NCBI GenBank assembly: GCA_044892525.1
Contig: CM097885.1
Location: 4,650,001 to 4,714,000, forward strand
Origin: Schmidtea polychroa
Taxonomy: Eukaryota
Direction of reading: 5' to 3'
DNA length: 64,000 nt
Below the pieces are notes generated by a model that was not told where the DNA came from, searched no databases, and was given only the letters and a program-made list of their open reading frames with translations. A program made the position numbers and the translations under genes. Every line of letters starts with the position of its first letter. Position 1 is the first letter of the stretch. Shown here one piece after another: positions 51,459 to 61,891 of the stretch.

Positions 51459-52632
51459 TTATACCAGCACAGTCCTATTTGCAGTAATTTGAACTTCATT
51501 TTCAAATACTCTTGTAAACTTTATATCCAGTCGTAAATTCCCGTTTTCTGGTAATCGACTCTGATTTAAATCAAAATCAGGGGCTAAAACAAATGTGAAA
51601 AATGGGTATTTGGTTTTAAATTCTTCAAGACTTATTCCACAATTTAAGTTTTTATCTAAATAACCCAAATTTCTAACAATACTCTGCATATATGTAGCAC
51701 AGTAATTATCACTTTCGAAATCTTGAGTATATGTTTGTCTTTAATCAGTATTTTTAGACAAAGTCAATGATGTAACACCAAAGTTTTGGAAAATTGAGCT
51801 GGATATAGTATATGATCCGTTATATTCAGTTTGAAATGTTATCAGGATAAGATTAGGCATTCTTCTGTCACCAAATATTTGTCCTTGATAGAATGATGAA
51901 GCACCTTTAGCAATAGCGAATTGTACAATTTCCTTTGTTTTTAATGGATAAATTGCATGTTTTGAATTAAGACCCAATTTATGACCAGCTAATACTGATG
52001 GGTCCACTCGAACTCTTCTCACCAATAATTTTGCTTCAACTAATTGACATATTGGTGCACCTGCACTAGTAAGAGATAATGCAGAAACTGATCTTTTCAG
52101 TCTAATATGTACATTAACTCCCGGTAGTAAATATTTCGGTTGATCCATAAAATTAAGTTGTAATGATGAGCACATGGTGAAAACCTTTGAGCCTTTTACC
52201 CACTTTTTTTTTCATCATCACTACCTAACCCATAGGAGTAAGACATGTATTTTTAGTATCGGAATTGTAATTTAAAATAGTTTCTATTCATGCCTTGTGA
52301 ATAAATGTATTATTTCTGCCCTCAATCTTGATATTATTAAATCCCAACACTGCATCTTTAAAAAGAATATGAAACAGGAAATTGTTCGGTATTACATCTG
52401 CATTGGCATCCAAAACCTTTCTATCTTTATCTACAACCTTAATCTGAACAGTCAATAAAGTATCGTTCAAATCTAAATATTCAGTTTGCGAACAATTTAT
52501 ATAAAACTCAATATCATTTCTACTATCAGTAATTGAATTCATAGGAAAAACTTCATCAAATGCCCCAAAGTCTATAACAGCCTGGGGTGATGGTCTATCA
52601 AATATGCATGATTCAGATTTACCACAAATCAT
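51459..52632 (-). pseudogene. Double-jelly-roll major capsid protein of element 1, in three fragments
   Basis: EVFPMNSITDSRNDIEFYI..EYLDLNDTLLTVQIKV; QPKYLLPGVNVHIRLKRS..AKLLVRRVRV..AIYPL; GNLRLDIKF. Confidence 0.85.
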
Positions 52633-52669
52633 TTTGCAAATATAGTTCCATGTCCTTTCATTCGTTTGT

Positions 52670-52996
52670 TTATACGTGATATTCCATGTCTTTTACGTTT
52701 GGAGCTGGAGCTGAAGCTGGAGGTTTTTCTTTTTGAAACCTACTTGCAACCCCTGGTAAAACTTTCCCTAATTCAGCTAAAGCATTTGTTTTTAGAGATG
52801 GTAATATTTTCTGTTCATTCATAATAACATCTTTTGCAGTTTTCATACCAAAACTACCAATACGTTTAGGAATAGGTAGGGCAAATCTACCAATTGTTCT
52901 CAACCATCCTGATCCGTACTGTTTACCAATAAAATATGGTAATTCACCGCCAGATTGGCTACCACTATACATACTAATAATATCAGAATTAGCCAT
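52670..52996 (-). CDS. Small basic core-like protein of element 1
   Basis: GGELPYFIGKQYGSGWLRTIGRFALP resembles the QxGxG.. core protein found upstream of the Polinton MCP. Confidence 0.6.
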   Translation of the reverse strand: MANSDIISMYSGSQSGGELPYFIGKQYGSGWLRTIGRFALPIPKRIGSFGMKTAKDVIMNEQKILPSLKTNALAELGKVLPGVASRFQKEKPPASAPAPNVKDMEYHV

Positions 52997-53560
52997 TTAT
53001 TTTACGAAGATGTAATGTCAAATGAGTTTTTGAATCTTTTGGAAAGTTTATAAGGTTTCAACTATCGTCACGAATATTTATTTCTATATTGTTTATACAT
53101 GAGCTTGCAATTGGTAAATACATTGGATTATCGATATTTATATTGACAACTTCATCGTGTTCATATTTTCCAATCCATACCGATTTCAAAAGAGGAACAC
53201 TTGAATCACCAACAATTATGGGCTCAATAATATCAGCTTTTCCTCAATATCTTTGCTTCTCTAATCCAAGTGTATTTGTCAAATTTTTATCAAATGTAAC
53301 TTCGCAAATTTCATCATTCAAACTGAAAGTAAACAACAAATCTTTCACAATGTCCAAACTTTTAAATATGTATGAACAATTGTACTTTAAATATTTAAGT
53401 AACACATCTAGTTTATCAACATATATGATTCCTCAACTTCATTATTATATGACACTAAGAACCAGAATTATTTCCAGCTTTGAGATATATATAATATATA
53501 ACCCTATGTGTGTAAATAGTGGTAAGATAGTAATTCTTGGAATAAAAAATATTTATTACA
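52989..53560 (-). pseudogene. Minor capsid (penton-like) protein of element 1
   Basis: DIIEPIIVGDSSVPLLKSV...NPMYLPI...IEINIRDDS*NLINF...THLTLHLRK. Confidence 0.8.
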
Positions 53561-54004
53561 ATAGTTGATAATATCATATCTGAAATTAAATCAATAATTG
53601 AAGGAAAGGAATTTTTAGATTTTTTATTATCACTTAATTAATTATTTATCATTGCAAATTCAGTGCAATTGAAATGCATCATTCTAATTGGTCGACATCT
53701 AATTGGCTGTCGATTGTTTAAAACATGATGTTTCTTCATTTATTAACAGTAGGTAGTTAGGGCACTGCGTCAACAATTGGGGGGGGGGGGGTTAAAAAAT
53801 GTTACGACTTTTAATTACATATTTGTTGCCGTAGACATTTTTTGCTTTTTGATTACATAATTGATGCCGTAATGCCCAATGTTTTTTTTCAGGGATTTTC
53901 AATAAGAAAGCCAAGGATAAGTCAGTATTATTTGGGTGGGTCTCCTTGGTCCTGGAATTTATAATACAAAAAGGCGGTCTACATTAAAAAAGCATAGTAA
54001 ATTT

Positions 54005-54290
54005 TTAAATTAAAGCAAATTATGGGTCTAAAAATCCAATTAAAGTAAATTATGGGCTAAGTTTTTTTAATTAAAGTAAATTATAGGTCTAAAATTGAAT
54101 TAAAGTAAATGATGGTCCAAAAAATTAAATTAAAGTAATCAATGGGTTCAAATAAGTAAATTAATGTTCAAATATTTAAATTAAAGCAAATTATGGGTCT
54201 AAAAATCCAATTAAAGTAAATTATGGTTTAAGATTTTTGAATTAAAGTAAATCAAGGTCCAAAAAATTAAATTAAAGTAATCAATGGGTT
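54005..54290. repeat. About 25-bp degenerate tandem repeat (TTAAAGTAAATTATGGG core)
   Basis: Directly visible array. Confidence 0.7.
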
Positions 54291-54891
54291 CAAATTTACT
54301 TGAAAATTATTGTAAGATATACTGAAATTTGTGATTTAGTTTGCTATTATGATCAATCAATATATATCATCTCTAGTTAGGTATTTGATGGGCGAAATAT
54401 TTGTAGGAAATAATAAGTTTATTACATAAGTCGACTTTAGCGTCAAAATGTGTTTTTAAAATAAATTTAAATTNNNNNNNNNNNNNNNNNNNNNNNNNNN
54501 NNNNNNNNNNNNNNNNNNNNNNNNNNNNNNNNNNNNNNNNNNNNNNNNNNNNNNNNNNNNNNNNNNNNNNNNNNNNNNNNNNNNNNNNNNNNNNNNNNNN
54601 NNNNNNNNNNNNNNNNNNNNNNNNNNNNNNNNNNNNNNNNNNNNNNNNNNNNNNNNNNNNNNNNNNNNNNNNNNNNNNNNNNNNNNNNNNNGATTGGTTA
54701 GAATTTGTTCCTGTTTATTATCTTCAGTCTATAAACAATAATCTATCATTAGTCACATTTAACAAATAGTTAACCTTTAAAAATGAATTCTTTAATAGAA
54801 AACGTTATGAATGTCCGAAAAAAAATTCAGAAATTTGGTAAATTTTAATTTATTGATTAATTAATTTATTAATTAATTTAGATAATAGATT

Positions 54892-55658
54892 TTGGCACTT
54901 TCTACACTTCACAATGATGACAAGATTGACGAGGAGACAGGAGACGCTCGTAAGCCAGAAATAATAACTTTCTACAACGCTACAAAAGGAGGAGTGGACA
55001 CTGTAGATCAAATGTCATCCCTTTACAATTGTGCTAAAAACACCAGACGATGGCCGATGGTCATATTTTATCGCTTAGTAAACATCGCAGGTGTCAATGG
55101 GTTTATCATTTATTGCAAAAATGGAAATAAGCCAATGCAAAGACGAACATTTCTGAAGAAATTGTGTCTAGAATTAGTTGACGATCACGTCAAGAAAAGA
55201 TCCAGTATCGTAACCTTGCCAAAGCAACTGCGACAGAAATTGTCCAAAGTAACAAACACAGAAGTACAAAATGAGGCCCCCTCAGTTGGCAAACGAGGGC
55301 GTTGTCATAAATGCCAGGGTAGAGACAGAAAGACTAAATACTTCTGTACCACGTGCCACAAGTATTTGTGTTTAAAACACGCTAAATTTATTTGCGAACA
55401 GTGTCTTTCTGATGATCAATAGCTTGCTTCACAGTATGCAGTTTCTTTTGTGCAATGAATAATTCTTTCCTGTGTTTTTTCATAAATTGTTGAATATTTT
55501 GAATGTAAAAACTTGTTTATAAAGTAATAAATCTTTTAAAATTTAATATTGCTTTATTTTGCCAATCAATAAGTCTATAAATCATGAGAAAACAATATTG
55601 GGTCTGTGAGACCCAACGCGCGCATCCATGTAATTTTTTAAGCGCGCGCTCTGCAGGG
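54892..55658 (+). mobile_element. piggyBac 3' part: transposase C-terminus with Cys-rich domain plus right TIR
   Basis: KPEIITFYNATKGGVDTVDQM..RRWPMVIFY..RCHKC..KYFCTTCHKYLCLKH..CEQC (ORF 54892..55422); ends GCAGGG-TTAA at 55658-55662. Confidence 0.9.
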
Positions 55659-57123
55659 TTAATGAAGACAATTTGAAATCGAAGATCAAAGGAAATTTGA
55701 AAAGAAAAAGTAAACATAATTTTTAATTTATTGATTTAATTAATTAATAATTTAGGTAATACGAATAAAGAGAAAAATTATGTCAATGTGTCAATAAATC
55801 GAAATGAAAATTTACAATGTAAGTATTGATTACTTTTTATAATTTAAAAGAAATTTAATATAATTTTTTTATTTAAGTAAATGTTAATATTTTTAATTTA
55901 GTAAATATTTATTTTTTAGTAAATAAAATTTGTAAAATAAATTTTTTAAATATTTCTTGTAATAAATAGTAATAATTTACAAATTTTTGCGTAAACATTT
56001 ATTAAAATATTTCATTTAAATTATATTTTTTTATTAAATTTTTATTTTATAGGTATACTTTACCCAAATTATTGTTCGGCAAAAGAACATAATAATAATT
56101 GCCATTCTATAATGGAAAATTATTACATGAAAAAATATTATAATAAAACTTATTTTTTATGCCCCATATGTAAAACTAGTGATATATTACGTTTTACAAT
56201 AAACATAAAAATCATTTAGATAGGTTTATTTTTAAAAGATCCTCAACCGTAGAAAAAAATATTACAAATAAAAAAATTAAATTAGTTCTTCTTTTGAATC
56301 CCAGGAGAGTAGCCCTACCAACAAAAACATACCTCCATTACGCTTAAACCATTAGAAAAACAACATAAAACCTATGCTTTTATAGTATTTTAACCCCATA
56401 TTTTAAACAACAACCACCCTTAATCTTTAAAGCCTCAAACTCAAAAGCTTCAAACTAAAAAGAGAATAGAAAAGAAAATGGCATTATGAAAAAGTTAGAG
56501 GGCTATTTGGGTTAGGGCTATATAAACACTACTTTTGATCGCAATCAAACTCCGGAGTTGATCTTTTTCAGATTATTGATTTTAAATTATATAAATTAAA
56601 AAATAAATGAAAAATAGTAAAACTGCTCTGAGGGGACAGTGGTATTTTTTTTTTTTTCACTGTCCCCTCAACAGTTTTTTTTGATCCGGATCATTTCAAC
56701 CTCTTTCGTTTATCAAATCTCTTCTAATATACAAGCTGGCCAGACTCATACATCAGAATCAATCCGATAATAGCAGCACACCTTATTATTCGCTTCTCGC
56801 CCGAATACGATTTCATCGGCCTTTTAAGCGTGCTGCTCGAAAGTACAAATGAATTCGAAAGTGAATCCGAAAGAGGTCCGAAAACAACTGAGAAATAAAT
56901 GTGCACATTATAGAATCGATCCGGGGGTGTTCGAAAGACTGGTGGCGATAATTACCGGTTCGCCACCACACCCGTTTCAATATTTTTTTTTTCATATTTA
57001 TGTTTAAAAAATAATTAATTAATAAAAAAATAAAATAAATAAAATAAATAAAATATACAACTGCTTTATAAATCTAAGATACCCACACTATTATTTTCAA
57101 ATTTTTAATATTATTTTATGTTG

Positions 57124-57206
57124 AAAAAAATACCAACCGTAGTTAGGATTTGAACCGCTATCTATTTGAACCACTGTGCCAGTCTAGCCCACTGCGCTAT
57201 CTGGTT
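57124..57206 (-). ncRNA. tRNA-like Pol III unit (A box, B box, T7 terminator)
   Basis: Minus strand: TAGCGCAGTGG...GGTTCAAATCC...TTTTTTT. It does not form a complete cloverleaf. Confidence 0.5.
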
Positions 57207-57243
57207 TTGGATTTTTGTCATTTTTTAAATTTTTATTATAAAA

Positions 57244-57790
57244 ATGAATAATATAAATCTTAAAATTCAAGAAAAAAATAAATTAAATCTTGATTATAAT
57301 AAAGAATTTACTCATGAAATCAAGAAAAATGATGTACTTAAAATCTCGCCAACTTCAGGATCTATTGCAAACTTAAATCGTAGGGGTGATATAGTTTTTC
57401 AATCTCTTCAAACATCAAACCCTATAGATATTTGTAATGCCAAATTATATAATAAAATCGAATTAGAAATTGAAGCAAACAAAGATATAACCCTAGAAAA
57501 TAATTTCTTTCCAAATTTATTCTCCAACATGAGATTAAAACTAGGATCATCAGAAATTGAAACTGTTTTACATCCAGGAGTATATTCTACCATGTTAAAT
57601 TTTATTTTGACTGGTTGTGATTATAAAAATGAATATGGTGAATTAACAGGCTGGATTCCTGATGTTAATAAAGGGGATTTAGATAAAGATGGTTTAGATA
57701 TAAATTATGGTTACTATAAAAGAGCTGAACTTTATAAATCTAAAAAATTTGAAGGTTATTTTGAATTAAAACACTTGTTTGGATTCCTTC
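57244..57790 (+). pseudogene. Major capsid protein N-terminal part of Polinton element 2
   Basis: LNRRGDIVF..IDICNAKL..ENNFFPNLFSNMRLKLGSSEIE..PGVYSTMLNF..LKHLFGF; a different MCP type from element 1. Confidence 0.75.
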
Positions 57791-58331
57791 AAAAAGAATT
57801 CCAAAATATTTATGGAGTGATAAAGGAACAGAATTTCATAACAAAGTTTTTACAAAGTTTTTAAATGAAAATGATATTAAATTATATTCAACAGAAAACG
57901 AAGGAAAAGCAGTCGTAGTTGAAAGATTAAATAGAACATTAAAAAATAAAATGTGGAAATATTTTACTGCTATTGGAAAACAAAAATGGAACAATGAATG
58001 GTTACAAAAGATTGTAAATGAATATAATAATGATGTACATAGTTCTATAAAATCAACACCTTTAAATGCTTCCTTGAATCCTTTGGAACTCATAAATCCT
58101 GTTGAAAATGATGTTATTGAAAAACCAAAGTGTAAAATTGGTGACCGAGTAAGAATATTTAAATATAAAAATAAATTTGAAAAAGGATTCACAGCACATT
58201 GGACAAATGAAATTTTTATTATAAATAAAATACATTATACAACCCCAATAACATATAGCATCATTGATTTAAATAATGAAAAAATATTAGGTAGATTTTA
58301 TAATAATGAGTTACAGAAAACAGATTTCTGA
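57791..58331 (+). pseudogene. Retroviral-type (rve) integrase, C-terminal part
   Basis: PKYLWSDKGTEF..KAVVVERLNRTLKNKMW..YNNDVHSSIKSTP..KIGDRVRI..FEKGFTAHWTNEIF. The first catalytic Asp region is missing. Confidence 0.88.
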
Positions 58332-58400
58332 ACTATAGAAAACAAGTTAAAACAAACTTTTCCATATTTCAGCTTCTCTATCCAAATAAATATAATTATA

Positions 58401-59156
58401 TTATTCTCTCCAATGATTATCAACAAACATATCAAACATATTCTTATCAGGTTCAACATTTGAAAATAAACCATTATAAATCATATTCTTATCACGGCGA
58501 TCTAATTTAAAAAATATAAAACAAATAGAATTATTTCTTATAGAGTTTTTATCTAAAGCATAATATGTTTGAGATATATAAATAACATTACAATTATTAT
58601 GTCTTCCTCTTGTAAAGTAACTCTTTTGAATCTCTTGATTTTTCATATTAACAACATCATCAAATATAACTAGATTCTTTTTATCTTTAGGAAGTAAATC
58701 ACAATGTAAAACATCTTCAGGTTTATTAGAGAATAAAACTTGAATCGCCTCTGCCTGCTCCTCATCTTCACAGATGTAATCATTTTTATTACTAATATCT
58801 GATTCTAAAATCATTTCCTTATACCAATCAACCATATCACAAGGTTGAAAAACTTCTTCAGGACATCTATGTTGGTTTTTAAAAATATCAATTATTGCTT
58901 TTTTAGTTAATTTATTTTCAAATCCACATTTCAAAAGTTGTAATTCTGGTTGATTTATGGTTGTAGAATAAAAGATTAAATTATTATAATCTAAAAAACC
59001 ATCTTCAAGCAACATTTTCAAAACAAGTACATTCTTTCCACATCCAGAAGAACCAACAATTAATAATCTAAAATTATCAGGAAATACTTTATTATTAAAT
59101 TTAGATTTATGTCTATTTAAAATTGGTTTCCAAATTATTGGACTTCGTACATCCAT
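58401..59156 (-). CDS. A32/FtsK-like packaging ATPase
   Basis: Walker A GSSGCGKN, Walker B LVIFDD, RGRHNN and YISQ motifs; ATG at 59154-59156. Confidence 0.9.
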   Translation of the reverse strand: MDVRSPIIWKPILNRHKSKFNNKVFPDNFRLLIVGSSGCGKNVLVLKMLLEDGFLDYNNLIFYSTTINQPELQLLKCGFENKLTKKAIIDIFKNQHRCPEEVFQPCDMVDWYKEMILESDISNKNDYICEDEEQAEAIQVLFSNKPEDVLHCDLLPKDKKNLVIFDDVVNMKNQEIQKSYFTRGRHNNCNVIYISQTYYALDKNSIRNNSICFIFFKLDRRDKNMIYNGLFSNVEPDKNMFDMFVDNHWRE

Positions 59157-59171
59157 TTTATTTATTATAAA

Positions 59172-59783
59172 ATGACCTCGAAGAGTTCCTCTACTGAAGA
59201 ATCTTTGCAAGAATTAATAAATTCAAATAAAAATAAATCAGTAGTAATTGACGGTAAGAAATATTTTATTGGAAAACATGTAAAAGAACAAGTTAGAGCG
59301 AAGCTGAAGGGCTCTTCGACTAATGAAGGCGGCATTCTTCCATTTGCTGCTTTAATACCTGCAATCATTGCTGGTTTATCAGGTGCTGCTGGAATAGCTG
59401 GAGGAATTGCAACTTCAGTTCAAAAAGCTAAAGAATCTCAAAAGACAGACCTAGAAAAAGAAAAACTACAAACTGAAATCGATTCAATGAAGAAGGTAGG
59501 GCAAGCTAAGGGAAAAGGACTCTATCTTAATCCATATGAGGGGACTCTGTCTGAAGGTCAAAAGTCTCAGGGGACTCTGTCCAAGGGTAAGGGTCTCTAT
59601 CTTGATCCTTATAAAGGTAGAGGTTTAAATGATTTTTTAAAAAATCAAATTTCTACATCTGAATCTTTATCTTCAAAAGATAAAGATGATTTAAAAAAAA
59701 TATGTAAATCTTTAAAGAATGGATGCCTTTGTAAAACTAAAAATGGTAAAGGTTTATACTTGAAGCCCTTCGAACGCCATTGA
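59172..59783 (+). CDS. Core-like protein with an adenovirus pX-like hydrophobic segment and GKGLYLxP repeats
   Basis: GGILPFAALIPAIIAGLSGAAGIAGG; three KGLYL(N/D/K)P(Y/F) repeats. Confidence 0.65.
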   Translation: MTSKSSSTEESLQELINSNKNKSVVIDGKKYFIGKHVKEQVRAKLKGSSTNEGGILPFAALIPAIIAGLSGAAGIAGGIATSVQKAKESQKTDLEKEKLQTEIDSMKKVGQAKGKGLYLNPYEGTLSEGQKSQGTLSKGKGLYLDPYKGRGLNDFLKNQISTSESLSSKDKDDLKKICKSLKNGCLCKTKNGKGLYLKPFERH

Positions 59784-59805
59784 TACCATTTTTAATACCA
59801 TAAAA

Positions 59806-60645
59806 ATGGTATATGAAGAAAGATTAGCACTTTTAAAAAAATTACAATCTGAACAAGATAAATATAATAAAAAAGATACAACTCAACATGCTGAATCTAT
59901 AATATTAAATGAGGTAATAACACAACAACAGGGGCCAACAATTAAAGCTATAGAGGGACTTAAAACTATAGAAGCTCCTCTAACCCCTGAACTTAAAGCT
60001 ATAGAACCTTCTAAAAAGGAATTATCAAGATTAATGGGTTTAAGAAAACGTAGAAATACTATTGATTTAGAAGAAGATTAACATCTCTTAACACCTCTTA
60101 AGACTCCAATTAATTTTAAAATTAATACATCACTAGCTCCATCAATTATACCTACTATAGGTTATGATCCTAGAGGTTTTCAAACAATAACAATTAATAA
60201 TCAAAAATTTTATATATATTTAAATTCAAAAAATAATCCAGCGATTATTTCAACAAATACTTTTATGAATAGAGAGCGTGTAGACATTGAACTTTCAGAT
60301 GGTTTTCATGGATTAATTTCTGGATATCTTCCAGATGATGTTAAGTAAGAAGAAATTGATAAATATTTAAACTTAATAAAATTAATACATGGTAGTTCTA
60401 AAGCAAAACATATTCAAGATTTAAAGAATTATTTAAATAAAAATGAAAGGGGTTATGTTGTTACAGAGGGTAAGGGGATGACTGTGGCTGCAAACCCAAT
60501 CAATCTTTTTATTGAATTAAGAAAACTATTAGCAGCTAAAAAAGCAGGACATAATAATTTAGATTCTGATATTTTAAAGATTTCTAAAGATTTGTTAAAA
60601 CAAGGAATAATTTCAAAAGATAAATTTAATAAGTATATAAAATGA
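59806..60645 (+). pseudogene. Polinton PZ-like protein with two in-frame stops
   Basis: C-terminal NPINLFIELRKLLAAKKAGHNN..LLKQGIISK resembles the conserved PZ motif; the whole span is one frame. Confidence 0.6.
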
Positions 60646-61127
60646 CTCCTTCAATATTAGATTTTTTAAAAACATTTGGAATAAATGCAAAAACAAATTT
60701 TGATTTAAAAGATTATGCAGATTATTTAAATTTAAAAATAAAAATATTAATGAATGATGAATTGAAAGGTCCGAAGGTCAAAGGTCAAAGGGTCACTCCA
60801 AAGAATATAATAATCAATTATCAAAATTCAAATGAAAAAGGATCTCATTGGGTTTGTATATATATGGACGAAGTCCCAATCTACTTTGATTCTTTTGGGA
60901 TTAAACCCACTAAAGAAGTTGAAGACTATCTGTCCGGGGTAAGCTCGAAGAGAGACTATACTTTTAATTCTTTACAAGTTCAACCTAATAATACTAACAT
61001 ATGTGGTATTTTAAGCTTATATGTTTTGTATAGATTGAATAAATCTCAAGGGACTCTGTCCAAAGGGGACTACTGTTTCACTTCCTTAATCCAAGAAATT
61101 TATAATGATTTAAAATCTCTACTATAA
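60642..61127 (+). CDS. Adenain-like cysteine protease of element 2
   Basis: IIINY..GSHWVCI..YFDSFG..QVQ..NICG (H-D-Q-C intact). Confidence 0.85.
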   Translation: MTPSILDFLKTFGINAKTNFDLKDYADYLNLKIKILMNDELKGPKVKGQRVTPKNIIINYQNSNEKGSHWVCIYMDEVPIYFDSFGIKPTKEVEDYLSGVSSKRDYTFNSLQVQPNNTNICGILSLYVLYRLNKSQGTLSKGDYCFTSLIQEIYNDLKSLL

Positions 61128-61150
61128 GAAATGGAAGATAATTTAAAAAA

Positions 61151-61867
61151 ATGGTAAACATAATGTCAGATAAATATTCAAGAACTTTATCTATAAATTC
61201 AAAAGAATCAGACTTTACTATAAATTTTGAAGATTCAATAAAATTAGATCAAAATTTAAATTATGAATTAGGTCTATTATGGTTTTGTGCTTATAATACT
61301 ATTTTTAATATAACTAAAGATATTAACACATTTAGTTATGTAAGCCCCCCAAAAACGGAGTATAACATAATAATAATAGAACCCGGGGCTTATGAGATAA
61401 AAGATTTAAATAATATACTTTCTAAAAAAACAAATGGAGCTATTGAAATTAAAATAGATTTACCAACTTCAAAATGTATAATGACTTTAAAGAATATAGG
61501 ACTTAGGTTTCAAAATAATAGTTTCTTTAGAACAATTTTAGGATTTACACAAAACCATTATACCACACCTGAAGTTACATCAGAAAATATTATAAAAATA
61601 ATAAATACAAACACAATAAATATTCATTGCGATTGTATAACAGGTTCTTATAATAATGGTAAACAAAGTAATATGTTATAGTCCTTTACCGCAAACACAG
61701 TTTCTATGGGATATAAAATAGTTGAAAGAATGAATCCTCCAAATTATGTACCTTTATGTAGAAAATATATAATGGATATTAATTTTAAAATTCTTAATCA
61801 AGAAGGAGAATTGATTGATTTTAATGGAGAAGAGATTTCAATGTATTTACATTTGAAACAGGTTTGA
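61151..61867 (+). pseudogene. Minor capsid (penton-like) protein of element 2 with one in-frame stop
   Basis: IEPGAYEIKDLN..TINIHCDCITGSYNNGKQSNML*SF..NYVPL..ELIDFNGEEISMYLHLK. Confidence 0.8.
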
Positions 61868-61891
61868 AGATTCATTTTAAATTATTAATAA

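Larger units (their letters stand above)
46040..53560. mobile_element. Decayed Polinton/adintovirus-type element 1 (left end present, right end not seen)
   Basis: AGTAGG terminus with ATGACTCA/AAGGTCA subterminal motifs like the 1185-5156 TIR, followed by pPolB and the virion genes. Confidence 0.8.

Noticed and set aside
53089-53568. Plus-strand 159-aa ORF
   Set aside because: It is the antisense shadow of the minus-strand penton pseudogene.
56724-56995. Two 60-aa ORFs in a GC-richer patch before element 2
   Set aside because: No recognisable motifs; they could be a Polinton accessory remnant but cannot be supported.
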